A stretch of DNA of 64,000 nt from Mycoplasmatales bacterium (lineage in GTDB: Bacteria; Bacillota_I; Bacilli_A; Mycoplasmatales; JABABV01). This document shows, in pieces, positions 1 through 10,220 of this stretch. The notes below the pieces were generated by a model. That model was not told the DNA's origin and did no database searches. It worked only from the letters and a program-made list of their open reading frames with translations. The stretch covers positions 191,357-255,356 of the forward strand of contig CBDCUK010000001.1 of the NCBI GenBank assembly GCA_965222755.1. Direction: 5' to 3'. Every line of letters begins with the position of its first letter. Within the stretch, counting starts at the first letter, position 1. The translations under genes and the position numbers were made by a program.

Positions 1-2130
1 AAGATCACGTTCAACGTTAGCTAGTTTTGAGATATTTTCAATATAAATTGTTTTTTTAGCAGCAAACAATAAACCTAAATCTAATGTCACAACTATCGGG
101 CTAAACTTATTATAAAATTGTGGATGTGGTTTACCGATACACCCAATAACTTGGTTATTAATCATTATTTTAGCAGATGTTCCGGGATGAAAATGCGGAT
201 GATCAACTAATGGTTGATACGCAATTTCTTTAATTCCAACGCTCCCAATTAAACTATTAATTAATCCTTTGACAACATAAAAATCATTATTTAATGATTT
301 ATCTTTAAATAATGAACTATCAACGAAATTACCGTTAATAACTAAAGCAAGATGTCTAGCATATTGATGATCGCCGTAATAAACATTACCGATTTCAAAT
401 AAATTAACATCTTTTTTATAGTTATTAGCATTGTATTCTAAAGCACTTAGTAATGAATTAATTAAAGATAAACGCATTACTTGATGTGAAGATGATAGCG
501 GGTCTTGAATTTTAATTGGTTTTGGATAAGAAAAAATATCAAAATCTTGATAATGGTCTTGATTTACTAAACTATATGTTTTGGTGTTAAATAAATTATG
601 AGCACTCAAAATGTTATTTAATTGGTTTTCTCATTGAAAACGAGCATCTGGATAAGTATTTTCCTCAGCTCCGATTGGCGGTAGAATTTTGATTTTATCA
701 TAATCAAGCGTTCTAATAAATTCAGCAATTAAGTTAACATCAATTTCAATATCTTTACGATATGATGGTACTTTAATTGTCAGCACATTTTTCGCCTTTT
801 CAATTTTAAATCCAAGTCTTGTTAAATGAGCAATTGCTTCACTTCAATCTTGTTGATAACCTAAATAACTATTTAGTTTTTCAATTGATAATTGGAAAAC
901 TGCAGAGTTGTATTTACATGTATCAAAAGTCTTGATTTCAGAAACATTAATATCACTAACAATTTCATTTAATAAATTAACGAATAAAGTTAAACTTTCA
1001 GTAATTGAGAAAGGATTACTTCCTTTGGCATGTTGAATTAAATTGGGATTTAAATTATTAAATTCCTTAATATATTTACGAGCAATTAAATTACTATAAC
1101 TACTAGAACTAACTAATAAAGATGTTGTATTTTCACTAACAGTCATTGCTAAATTATGAATTGAAGCTCCAATTGATAAAATCGCTTGTTGATTTTTTAA
1201 TACTACTTTATTGCTAAATGATTGATTTGATAACTGATATTCAAAATCACCTTTGTAATTTTTGGGATCATTAATAATTTCGAAATTAAAATCTTTAATT
1301 TTATCAGCATCTAAAATATCAATCGGATTACTAGTTAAATTGTTAACATAATTTGCTAAATCTTTCAATAAATTAACTGGTTTAATATTGATTCCCATTA
1401 AATATTTAACTAATCATCAAGGACTTTTTGCGACTTGATAATTGTTAATTAAAACATTGCTATAAGCATCATAATTTTGAGCTTTGATAGTAACTTTAGT
1501 ATTATTTTTAAAGTTATTTTTAACACGATGATTAAAGGCGAATTTATGAACTGGTTTTTTTAAATAGGCTCCTAGTTCTAATGCAACGTTGAATAAACTA
1601 TGCATATCACTACGATCATTTAAAATTGCTAATTCAATAAATTGCTCATCTAATCCTAAGTATGTTGGCGCCGATGATCCTAAAAAGTTATCAGCGCATT
1701 CAAAAATAAAAATGCCTTTCAATTGTTCATCACTTAAGAATTTTTTTGAAATTCCTAACTCACTTAAACTACAAAGCATTCCTAATGATTCAATACCTCT
1801 AATTTCACTTTTAGCAATAGTGATTTCGGGTAATTTCGTACCTGGTAAAGCAACAATAACATTAGCATTTAATGCTACATTAGATGCTCCACAAATAATT
1901 TGTTGAACTTCTGTTTTATTAATTTTAACTTGGCAAATATTTAAACGATTAGCATTTGGGTGTTTTTTGATTTCAACAATTTTCCCGACAACTAATGTTT
2001 TTGCAACAACAGAACTTAATTGGTAAGTATCTTCAACTTCAAAGCCTAACTTATTAAAAGCAGTTGTTGCTGCTTCTAAAGTTAGGTTGGTTTTTAAAAG
2101 TTGATTAATTTTTGATAAACTAAAACGCAT
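1..2130 (-). CDS. pheT: Phenylalanine--tRNA ligase beta subunit (3' end lies beyond window start)
   Basis: Track ORFs 1417..2130 and 844..1398 are one frame joined by in-frame TGA. I checked that the same frame has no TAA/TAG down to position 1. The N-terminal tRNA-binding OB segment (VGKIVEIKKHPNANRLNICQV) is present and the gene lies directly downstream of pheS. Confidence 0.9.
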
Positions 2131-2148
2131 GTATTTCCCCTTTTAAAA

Positions 2149-3141
2149 TTAATAAAATTTCTTTAAAAATTCAATATTATTATTATAAAAATCACGAATA
2201 TCACTAACATTATATTTAATCATTGCAATTCTTTCGATGCCGATTCCGGCAGCAAAACTTTGGAATTTTTGACTATCAATGTCAGCTTCTTTTAAAACAT
2301 TTGGATGTAACATTCCGGCACCTAAAATTTCAATTCAGCGGTTTCTAAAAAAGATGTCGACTTCAACTGATGGTTCGGTAAAAGGAAAATAAGATGGGCG
2401 GAGACGAACTTTAACATCAGCACCAAATAAATATTGACACATTTCTAAAAGCATTCATTTTAAGTTAGAAAAAGAGATGCTTTTTCCAACATTAACAATA
2501 TCAACTTGACTGAATTGGTGAGAATGAGTTGCATCATCACTATCACGACGATAAACATTACCAAAAGAAACAATCTTTAAATGATTGTTTGTTTTTTCTA
2601 GTTCACGAATCGTATTCGCAGTACAATGAGTTCTTAATAATGTATCACTATTAATATAAAAAGAATCTTGCATATCACGAGCCGGATGATCTTTTGCTAA
2701 ATTTAATTTTTCAAAATTATAAACATCTTCTTCGATCTCATAACCTTCAGATATTTGATAACCACGGTTGATGAAAAAATTTAAAATATCATCCAAAATT
2801 AAATTTAAAGGATGGATTTTACCTTGAGCTATGCTAACTCCAGGTAATGTAATATCAATTTTTTCAGAAGCGATTTTTTGATTAATAATTGCTAAATTAA
2901 GATCTTTTCCACATTGGTTAAAAAGTTCGTTTAAAGCAACTTTAATTTCATTAACAGCTTTTCCAAAATCAATGCGTTCTTGATGACTTAATTTTGCCAT
3001 CACACGCATTGCTTGAACTAATTGGGACTTTTTACCTAAATATTGAGATTTTAATTGTTTTAAACTTTCAAAATCTTTAACTTTAACAATTTCAGTTTTA
3101 CAATTATGTAAAATTTCTACTAAATTATCTAAATTACTCAT
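2149..3141 (-). CDS. pheS: Phenylalanine--tRNA ligase alpha subunit
   Basis: ATG at 3141. Class II aaRS motifs are present ([19 protein letters not shown]). The track ORF ends at a TGA at 2455, and the frame continues to TAA at 2149 (C-terminus ...[30 protein letters not shown]). Length is 993 nt, in frame. Confidence 0.9.
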
Positions 3142-3164
3142 GCTAAATTCCTTTCTATTATTAA

Positions 3165-4523
3165 TTACTTCATTAAATTACTAAAGTCGGGCATTTTAAA
3201 ACTATTCGACTTACCATTTTTAGCACCAAACATTGATTTCATTTTTTCCATTTGTTTTTTCATTTGGTCATATTGGCGTAACAACGCATTAAACTCCTGC
3301 GCACTACGACCACTACCTTTTAAAATTCGTTGTTTACGCTTTGGTTGTTTTAATAATTTTGGATTAGAACGCTCTTGAAGAGTCATTGATGAAATAATTA
3401 CCTCTGCTAAAAAAAGTGTTTTTTGGGCACGGTCTTTTTGCTCACTTGATAATTTTGGCATTCCTGGAATCATTTTTAATAATCCTCCAAGTTTCCCCAT
3501 TTTTTTAATTTGTGAAAGATTTTGTAATAAATCATTCATATTAAAATTACCACTAATCATTTTATTCATTGATTTTTTGGCAGCTTTTTCATCGATTACT
3601 TCGCTAGCTTTTTCGATCAAGCTCAGGGCGTCACCCATTCCTAAAATTCGGCGTGCCATACGATCAGGATGAAAAACATCGAAATCTTTGACATGTTCCC
3701 CAGTACCAATAAACTTAATGGGAATGTTTAATAATTGGCGAATTGAAAGTGCAGCTCCAGCACGGGCATCAGAATCTAACTGCGTAATTATTAAACCAGT
3801 TAATGCTAAGCGCTCATTAAATGAACTAGCAACATTAATAATATCTTGTCCAGACATGGCGTTAATTACCATTAAAATTTCTTTTGGTTTGATGATTTTT
3901 TTCAGATTAACTAATTCATTCATTAAATTATCATCTAAATGTAAACGCCCGGCAGTATCAAAAATAACAGCGTCAAACTGTTCGTTTTTAGCTTTTTCAA
4001 ATGCAGCCTGAGCAATTTCTTCAGGCTTAGCATTAGGCATACTAAAGACTTCAAATTGGTTTTGTTTTCCAAGTTGGACTAATTGATCAATTGCGGCTGG
4101 ACGATAAATATCACAAGCAACTGCTAAGATTTTTGGTAGTTTTTTGTGTTTTTGCAGATGTTTTACAATTTTGGCAACAGTAGTTGTTTTACCAGTTCCT
4201 TGTAATCCAACTAACATAATCGTCGAAGGTTTAATTGATAAATTTAAATTTTGTTGTTTTGTTCCCAGTAATTTTGTTAATTCGTGATCAACAATTTTAA
4301 TAATTTGATGTTTAACATCAAGACCTGGGGTAATTTGAATACCAACTAATGCTGCTTTAATATTTGCAACAAATAGTTTAACGACTTTTAAATTAACATC
4401 AGCTTCTAATAAAGCCAGGCGAATTTCTCTAATTGTTAACTGAATGTTTTCAGCTGTTAGGGAATTCTTTTTTGCTGCTTTATTAATTGCATTCGTGATT
4501 CGGTTCGAGAAAAAATCTAACAT
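3165..4523 (-). CDS. ffh: Signal recognition particle protein Ffh
   Basis: Complete 452-aa ORF with SRP54 GTPase motifs (GLQGTGKTTT, DTAGR) and a Met-rich M domain at the C-terminus. True TAA stop. Confidence 0.95.
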   Translation of the reverse strand: MLDFFSNRITNAINKAAKKNSLTAENIQLTIREIRLALLEADVNLKVVKLFVANIKAALVGIQITPGLDVKHQIIKIVDHELTKLLGTKQQNLNLSIKPSTIMLVGLQGTGKTTTVAKIVKHLQKHKKLPKILAVACDIYRPAAIDQLVQLGKQNQFEVFSMPNAKPEEIAQAAFEKAKNEQFDAVIFDTAGRLHLDDNLMNELVNLKKIIKPKEILMVINAMSGQDIINVASSFNERLALTGLIITQLDSDARAGAALSIRQLLNIPIKFIGTGEHVKDFDVFHPDRMARRILGMGDALSLIEKASEVIDEKAAKKSMNKMISGNFNMNDLLQNLSQIKKMGKLGGLLKMIPGMPKLSSEQKDRAQKTLFLAEVIISSMTLQERSNPKLLKQPKRKQRILKGSGRSAQEFNALLRQYDQMKKQMEKMKSMFGAKNGKSNSFKMPDFSNLMK

Positions 4524-4580
4524 AATAATTTACCTTTTATTTAAAATTTTTATTTTATGATAATCTTTATAAATTAATAA

Positions 4581-5243
4581 CTAATAGCTACTTTTAGCAG
4601 TTTTTCCACTAACAATTGCAATTCCGGCACTAGTTCCAATGCGAGTTGCTCCGGCAGAAATCATATTTTTAGCGTCTTCTAAATTACGAACTCCTCCAGC
4701 TGCTTTAATTGAAATGTTATCCCCGCTACTAGCGCGCATTAATTTAACATCTTCAATTGTTGCTCCGTTATATGAAAAACCAGTTGATGTTTTTACAAAA
4801 TCAGCTTCGGCTTTAGTAACGATTTCACAAGCAGTGATTTTTTCAGATTTTGTTAAAAGGGCATTTTCAATAATCACTTTTAAAACGTGACCTTTGATCG
4901 CTTCTTTAACTTTACGGATTTCATTTAAAACATATTCATCTTGACCATCTTTTAAACGACCAATATTAATTACCATATCAATTTCATCAGCACCATGTTC
5001 AATTGCTAATTTTGCTTCATAAACTTTGACCATTGTCGCGTTTGCTCCTAGTGGGAACCCAACTACTGTTGTAATACCAACATCACTATCTTTTAATAAT
5101 GAATGAGCTAATTTAACTCATGATGGATTAATACAAACTGTTTTAAAATTATATTCCAATGCTTCTTCACATAATTTTTTAATTTTTTCAGTTGTCGCTT
5201 CTGCTTTTAATAAAGTGTGATCGATATATTTATTAATTTCCAT
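4581..5243 (-). CDS. deoC: Deoxyribose-phosphate aldolase
   Basis: The track ORF 4581..5033 extends upstream through TGA to ATG at 5243 ([17 protein letters not shown]...). The DeoC Schiff-base lysine context FVKTSTGF is present, and a GAGG-type RBS lies upstream. Length is 663 nt. Confidence 0.85.
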
Positions 5244-5334
5244 AAAAACCTCTTTTTTATTTTGTTATTTTAGTTAAAAAATAATTTTAAAATATACAAA
5301 TAATATAATATCATAAAATGTTTTTTTTACTTAG

Positions 5335-6213
5335 TTAATAATTTATTTTATGCGATATTAGCTTGAAAAATTTCTGATCATTGATGAATTCTTTGTATAA
5401 TTTTTTGTTATCATAATTTAGTAATTCACTCACTTTGCTAGCGTTTAAATTATGATCAGTTTTAGGAGTGTTTTTGAAATGATGACTAGTTTTATGATTA
5501 AGTAATAGTTTGTCAATAATTTCCTGATTAGGTAGGCGATAACGTTCAGCAATTGATTTAATAATACGATTAATTTTTGATTTTTTAATTAAGCTATTGA
5601 CGATTAAATTAGAAGTTTTTGTATCAGTTTCACTTTTATCAAAAAATAATAAATGTGTACTACTCAATAACATTCACTTAATAATGTAGTGGGCTTTTGA
5701 ATTTTTATGCAGAATAATTTTAAAATAAATTTCGACAATTAAAGCTAGTGCTCAGAATAATCACTCAACCGCAGGCACTTTAATAAAAATAACGAAGAAA
5801 GCAAAGATAATAATCGTTTCAAATGCACGTGATAAATTTTGTTCATTAGCTTGGTAATGACGATACATGCGAAAATTATCATATTGATTAAGATTAATTA
5901 ATAGTTTTACTAACCGATTTCAAACCGGGTTTTTTCGATAAGCAGGACCTTTATGTTTTTCTACTAATAATAAGTATCAAGCGCTAATAATGCGTTTGTG
6001 TTTCGCAATATAATAATTTGAATACACAAATAAAAAGAAAAATATTGCATAAAAAATAAATAAAAATCATTCAATTTCAAATAATTTTGGAAAAATAATT
6101 TTTGTACCAGCAGTAATTAATAAGGCATAACTAAAAATATTTAGCACTATTTTACGAATCCGATACATTCGAAAAGTTTGTAGAAAAATAACACGTAATT
6201 TATAAACATTCAT
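5335..6213 (-). CDS. Hypothetical membrane protein
   Basis: Track ORF 5335..5673 continues upstream through five in-frame TGA codons to ATG at 6213, which has an AAGGAG RBS. The N-terminal half has several hydrophobic segments (FSYALLITAG, WFLFIFYAIFFFLFV, IIIFAFFVIFI). I recognise no family. Confidence 0.55.
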
Positions 6214-6331
6214 AAATAAAAACTCCTTTATTAATCGTTATAGTAATATACTAAATGATAACAATATCTAATAAAAAAAACAAAAATCAATAAATTGCTT
6301 TTTGTTTTTTTACGAAATCGTTTAATTGTTA

Positions 6332-6820
6332 TTATGATTTTATTAATGACTCAATACGCATATCAGCAATAATTGGGTCTTTTGCATTATTAATAATATC
6401 TAAAATATCTTGAGCTGCTTTTTCTTCGTGGATCTGGTCTTCAACAAAGAAACGCGCTAAAGTAACTGTTTGATAATCTTTTAGCGTTAGTGCTTGATCA
6501 TAAATATTTGAATATTGAGCAGTAACTGCTCTTTGGTAATTAGCATATCATTGTGCTAATTCTTTAATATTGGCAAAATTGTTTGGAGCAATTTTGTGCG
6601 GTAGAGCTTGTTGGATATTTGGATTTTGATCACGATCTAATAAAAAGTCTAATACTTTATATACGTGCTCAAATTCTTCTTTACTAGCATTAAACATTCA
6701 TTTAGCATATCCGCTAAAACCCATTAGTTCTAAATTAGATCCTAATTGGGCAAATGTCAAAACTGATTGATATTCTTCCATAACTTGTAATTGTAATAAT
6801 TCAATGATTTTTTTATTCAT
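6332..6820 (-). CDS. Ferritin-like (non-heme bacterial ferritin) protein
   Basis: 162-aa hand translation (MNKKIIELLQLQVMEEYQS...KEEFEH...FFVEDQIHEEK...) carries the ferroxidase-centre pattern E..Y / EE..H / E..EE of bacterial ferritins. AGGAG RBS. The gene is absent from the track because of TGA codons. Confidence 0.75.
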
Positions 6821-6947
6821 AATTAAGTTTCTCCTAAATTTTAATATTAATTTTTTTATAATTCAATTTTGAAATTAAATTAACAATTAAGCTAACTTCA
6901 AAATTATATTATAATATCACATTTATGAGGTTGTAGACAAGGAAAAA

Positions 6948-7454
6948 TTATTTACTTTTAATATTAATAATTTTTACTTTGTAAGGACTTTCAATATTTT
7001 TAACTAAAATAACATCGTTTTTAGTCGCTCCCATAATTGCTTTCGCTATTGGAGATTCGTTTGAAATTTTATTAGCAAACGGATCGGCTTCAACTGAACC
7101 AACGATTGTATATTCATGTTCTTTATTAGTTTTAAGGTTTTTTAAAGTTACGATTGCACCAACTTGAACTTTGTTACCGATATGTTTTTGATCGATAATT
7201 TGAGCGTTATCAACTTGGGTTTCTAATTCTTTAATACGTGATTCAACTTGTGCTTGACGATTACGAGCAGCGTCATAGTCAGCATTTTCTGATAAATCTC
7301 CTTGGGCACGAGCCTCTTGGATTTCTTTAATAACTTGGTTACGAGTCACGTTTACTAAATTGCTTAACTCTGCTTTAATGTGTGCTAAACCCTCACTTGT
7401 TAGTAGGATTTTTTTATTATCAATAGCGTTGTTTGTTTCGAAATTATTACTCAT
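6948..7454 (-). CDS. greA: Transcription elongation factor GreA
   Basis: 168-aa ORF with the GreA coiled-coil signature (DLSENADYDAAR) and the C-terminal globular domain. Confidence 0.95.
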   Translation of the reverse strand: MSNNFETNNAIDNKKILLTSEGLAHIKAELSNLVNVTRNQVIKEIQEARAQGDLSENADYDAARNRQAQVESRIKELETQVDNAQIIDQKHIGNKVQVGAIVTLKNLKTNKEHEYTIVGSVEADPFANKISNESPIAKAIMGATKNDVILVKNIESPYKVKIINIKSK

Positions 7455-7575
7455 ATTTATTAGCTCCTTAATATTATGTTGCTTTGTTTATTATAACACA
7501 TAATGATCATATATATATAATAACTAATCTGGAAAATAAATTCTAATTTGTTCCTAAAACGTTTTTTAATTAAAT

Positions 7576-7607
7576 AAAAAACAGTAAGTTTTTACTCACT
7601 GTTTTTT
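7576..7607. terminator. Possible hairpin terminator downstream of tRNA-Arg
   Basis: A-run, then imperfect stem acagtaag/ctcactgt (one mismatch), then T-run. Symmetric, so it could work in either direction. Confidence 0.3.
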
Positions 7608-7675
7608 CATTTTGTGGAACTATAAATTTATGCCACTTTCGTATATGTTCTAGTGTTTTAAATCACATACAAAAA

Positions 7676-7753
7676 TGGCACCCTCGGAGGGACTTGAACC
7701 CCCGACCACATGCTTAGAAGGCACGTGCTCTATCCAGGCTGAGCTACGAGGGC
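7676..7753 (-). tRNA. tRNA-Arg (anticodon UCU), CCA encoded
   Basis: The reverse complement GCCCTCGTAGCTCAGCCTGGATAGAGCACGTGCCTTCTAAGCATGTGGTCGGGGGTTCAAGTCCCTCCGAGGGTGCCA folds as a cloverleaf. It has a 7-bp acceptor stem with G1-U72, D stem GCTC/GAGC, anticodon stem CGTGC/GCATG with loop CTTCTAA, and T stem GGGGG/CCCTC with loop TTCAAGT. Confidence 0.85.
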
Positions 7754-7825
7754 ATTTATACCACGTCATAAATTATACATTAAAACTGCTTGAAATACTA
7801 TAAAATAATTACTTTTATATCGAAA

Positions 7826-8305
7826 TTATTTGATCTTTTTCAAAATGTAATTTAATTTATCATTTTCAACACTTAAAATTGCATAAGTTTTTCCATCATC
7901 TGAGCGCGGATAAGCACAACTACCAGGATTAATGATGTAAATATTATCGTATTCATAGAATTGAGGAACGTGCGTATGACCGCAAAAAATAATATTAACT
8001 TTTTGTTTTTTGGCTCATTTGATCATTTTATGACCTCGATTATAATAGCCAAATTGATCACTATGGCAAGCCAGGGCAGTAAAATGATCATTGATTTTAA
8101 AAGTGATATTTGGTGCTAAATCACTGCCTCAATCATTATTACCTGGGACAACAACATCAAAATTATTAGTATAGTAATTTTGATCACCAACAAAATCACC
8201 TAGAAAAACACTAAAATCATAATTACCAGCTTCAGTGGCAAAAATCTTTTTCACAATTTTACTTTTTCCATGCGAGTCCGATATTAATAAAATCCGTTTT
8301 TCCAT
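7826..8305 (-). CDS. Metallophosphoesterase (YfcE/MJ0936-like)
   Basis: 159-aa hand translation MEKRILLISDSHGKS...FLGDFVGD...VPGNNDW...FCGHTHVP... carries the calcineurin-like phosphoesterase motifs DxH, GD, GNND and GHTH. 480 nt in frame, TAA stop. Confidence 0.8.
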
Positions 8306-8331
8306 AATCTCATTTCTTTCTGTGATTCAAT

Positions 8332-10098
8332 TTATAAATCACTCTTAATTTTTTGGGCAACTTTTAAAGAAACGTATTTTGCTAGTTGTTCCAAAGGGGC
8401 TTTTTTAATGTAATACAAAGTTTTAAATTCAGTTAATAATTTTGCTTTTCCAACTTTTCCCAAACCACTAATATTATCCAAAGGTGACTTCTGCAACAAG
8501 TTAATACTACGTTGTAAATGCATTTTGGAGCGCGCATAACGATCACCCTCAGTTTGTAATTGAGCAAAGAAACTATACAATGGCTCTTTGATGAAATGCT
8601 CAACGCGATCAATAATAATTCCGCGTGTTTCATGAGCGGCATCTTTAACTAAACTAACTAATAAAATTTTATCAGTTAGTTGAAACTGAGCAAGTACTTT
8701 CTGAGCAACTTGATATTGGGCAATCCCGCCATCGATCACTAATAAGTCTGGGAGCGCGATTTTAGTAGTTAAACGAGTATGAAGAAACCGATAAATAACT
8801 TCATTGAAAGTTTTACAATCATCACCCTGACTAGCACCAATTTTATAATAACGATATTTTGCTTTTAAATATTGGAAGTCTTTATTAATAATGACGCTTC
8901 CAATATTAGCGCTCCCTTGAAAATGAGAATTATCAAAAAAAGCGATTTCAGAAATGTGATCGGCTTTTAGCAATTCTAAAAGTTGAGCTTTAATTTTAAT
9001 ATTAATTTCTTCTCTAACTTTAAAACTAGCAATGTTTAAATTAAAGTAATTTTTGGCATTAATAAAAACTGAATTAATAATTTCTTTTTTGAGACCACGT
9101 TGCGCTAAAGTAATTTTTCCTTTTCCGGCTGGGCGAGTTTTTAAATATTCTGCTAGAACAATTTTTAATTCTGGATTATCAATAATAACTTCTTGTGCTA
9201 ATAAATTATTATTGTAAAAATAATTAATAAATTCTTGGAGCGTATTAGTCAGTGAAATTTTAATCACCGCCATGAAATTACGATGTGTTTGTAGTTTTCC
9301 AGCTTGATATTGAAAAGTACTAATGTTAATAATATTATCTTTAATATAATAATTAATTGCGTCGCGATTTTTTAAATCATTAAAAATCACTTCACTACTA
9401 TTAATGAAATCATTAATCGTAGTTAGTAAATCTTTATATTTTTGAGCACTCTCATAATCAAGTTGCTCTGATGCTTGATTCATTAAAATACTAATTTTAT
9501 CAAGGACAGTTTTTGAGTTTTTTTGAAAGAAATCTTTAATTAATTTAATGTTAGTGGCAAAGTCATTATCTTCTGGGTGTTTGCATAATGTGTTAATGCA
9601 TTGGTGTAAATGACTGTAAAAACACGGCGTTTTAGCATTAACTTGGCATTTGCGCAGCGGATAAAAACGCTCAATAATATTAACAATTTTCCGAATTTTG
9701 GCCCCATCTGGGAAAGGACCAATAAAATAATCTTTCTCATTAATGCGGCGATTAACTAATAAGCGCGGCAGACGTTCATTAGTAATGACAACGTAGGGAT
9801 AACTTTTATCATCTTTGAATAAAATATTATAAGGTGGTAATTCACGCTTAATTAAAGTTTGTTCTAATAATAAAGCATCAGCTTGTGTTTTCGTAATCGT
9901 GTAACTAAAATCACTAATTTCTGAAAGCATTTTCCCCATTTTATAATTATGAACTTTACTTAAATAAGTGTTCATTCGATGATGCAGATTGTTTGCTTTA
10001 CCAACATAAATAATTTCTTGATATTTATTAATTCAACAATAAATTCCAGCAGCATGAGCGACTTTATCTAGACGGGTTTTTAAATCATAAATCGCCAT
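8332..10098 (-). CDS. uvrC: Excinuclease ABC subunit C
   Basis: Track ORF 8332..9975 extends upstream through TGA to ATG at 10098, adding the GIY-YIG N-terminus (GIYCWINKYQEIIYVGKANNLHHR). The C-terminal HhH region is present. 1767 nt in frame. Confidence 0.95.
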
Positions 10099-10175
10099 AA
10101 TTATTAACACCTCCAACATCTTTTTTTATTTCTTAACTTCTAAATAACTAATTTTATTATACCAACATAATGATA

Positions 10176-10206
10176 AAAAAACACTAATATTAATTAGTGT
10201 TTTTCA
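10176..10206 (-). terminator. Rho-independent terminator after ftsK
   Basis: Stem cactaat/attagtg with a 4-nt loop, flanked by an A-run and a T-run, just downstream of the ftsK stop. Confidence 0.5.
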
Positions 10207-10220
10207 ACAATTTAATTTCT

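Noticed and set aside
1589-1906. Plus-strand ORFs antisense to housekeeping genes (1589..1906, 3688..4011, 4639..4890, 10321..10533, 10855..11157, 11991..12200, 45899..46165).
   Set aside because: They lie wholly inside well-supported minus-strand genes (pheT, ffh, deoC, ftsK, ruvX/alaS). They have no RBS and give low-complexity or odd-composition translations, so they are typical shadow ORFs.
3142-3164. T-box leaders upstream of pheS and alaS.
   Set aside because: The ffh-pheS spacer is only 23 nt. The region upstream of alaS (48800-49006) is almost pure A/T, with no specifier-loop or T-box (AGAGA..GGTGGNACC-like) sequence visible.
8433-9740. ORFs 8433..8642 and 9540..9740 inside uvrC.
   Set aside because: These are alternative frames of uvrC on the same strand with no independent support.
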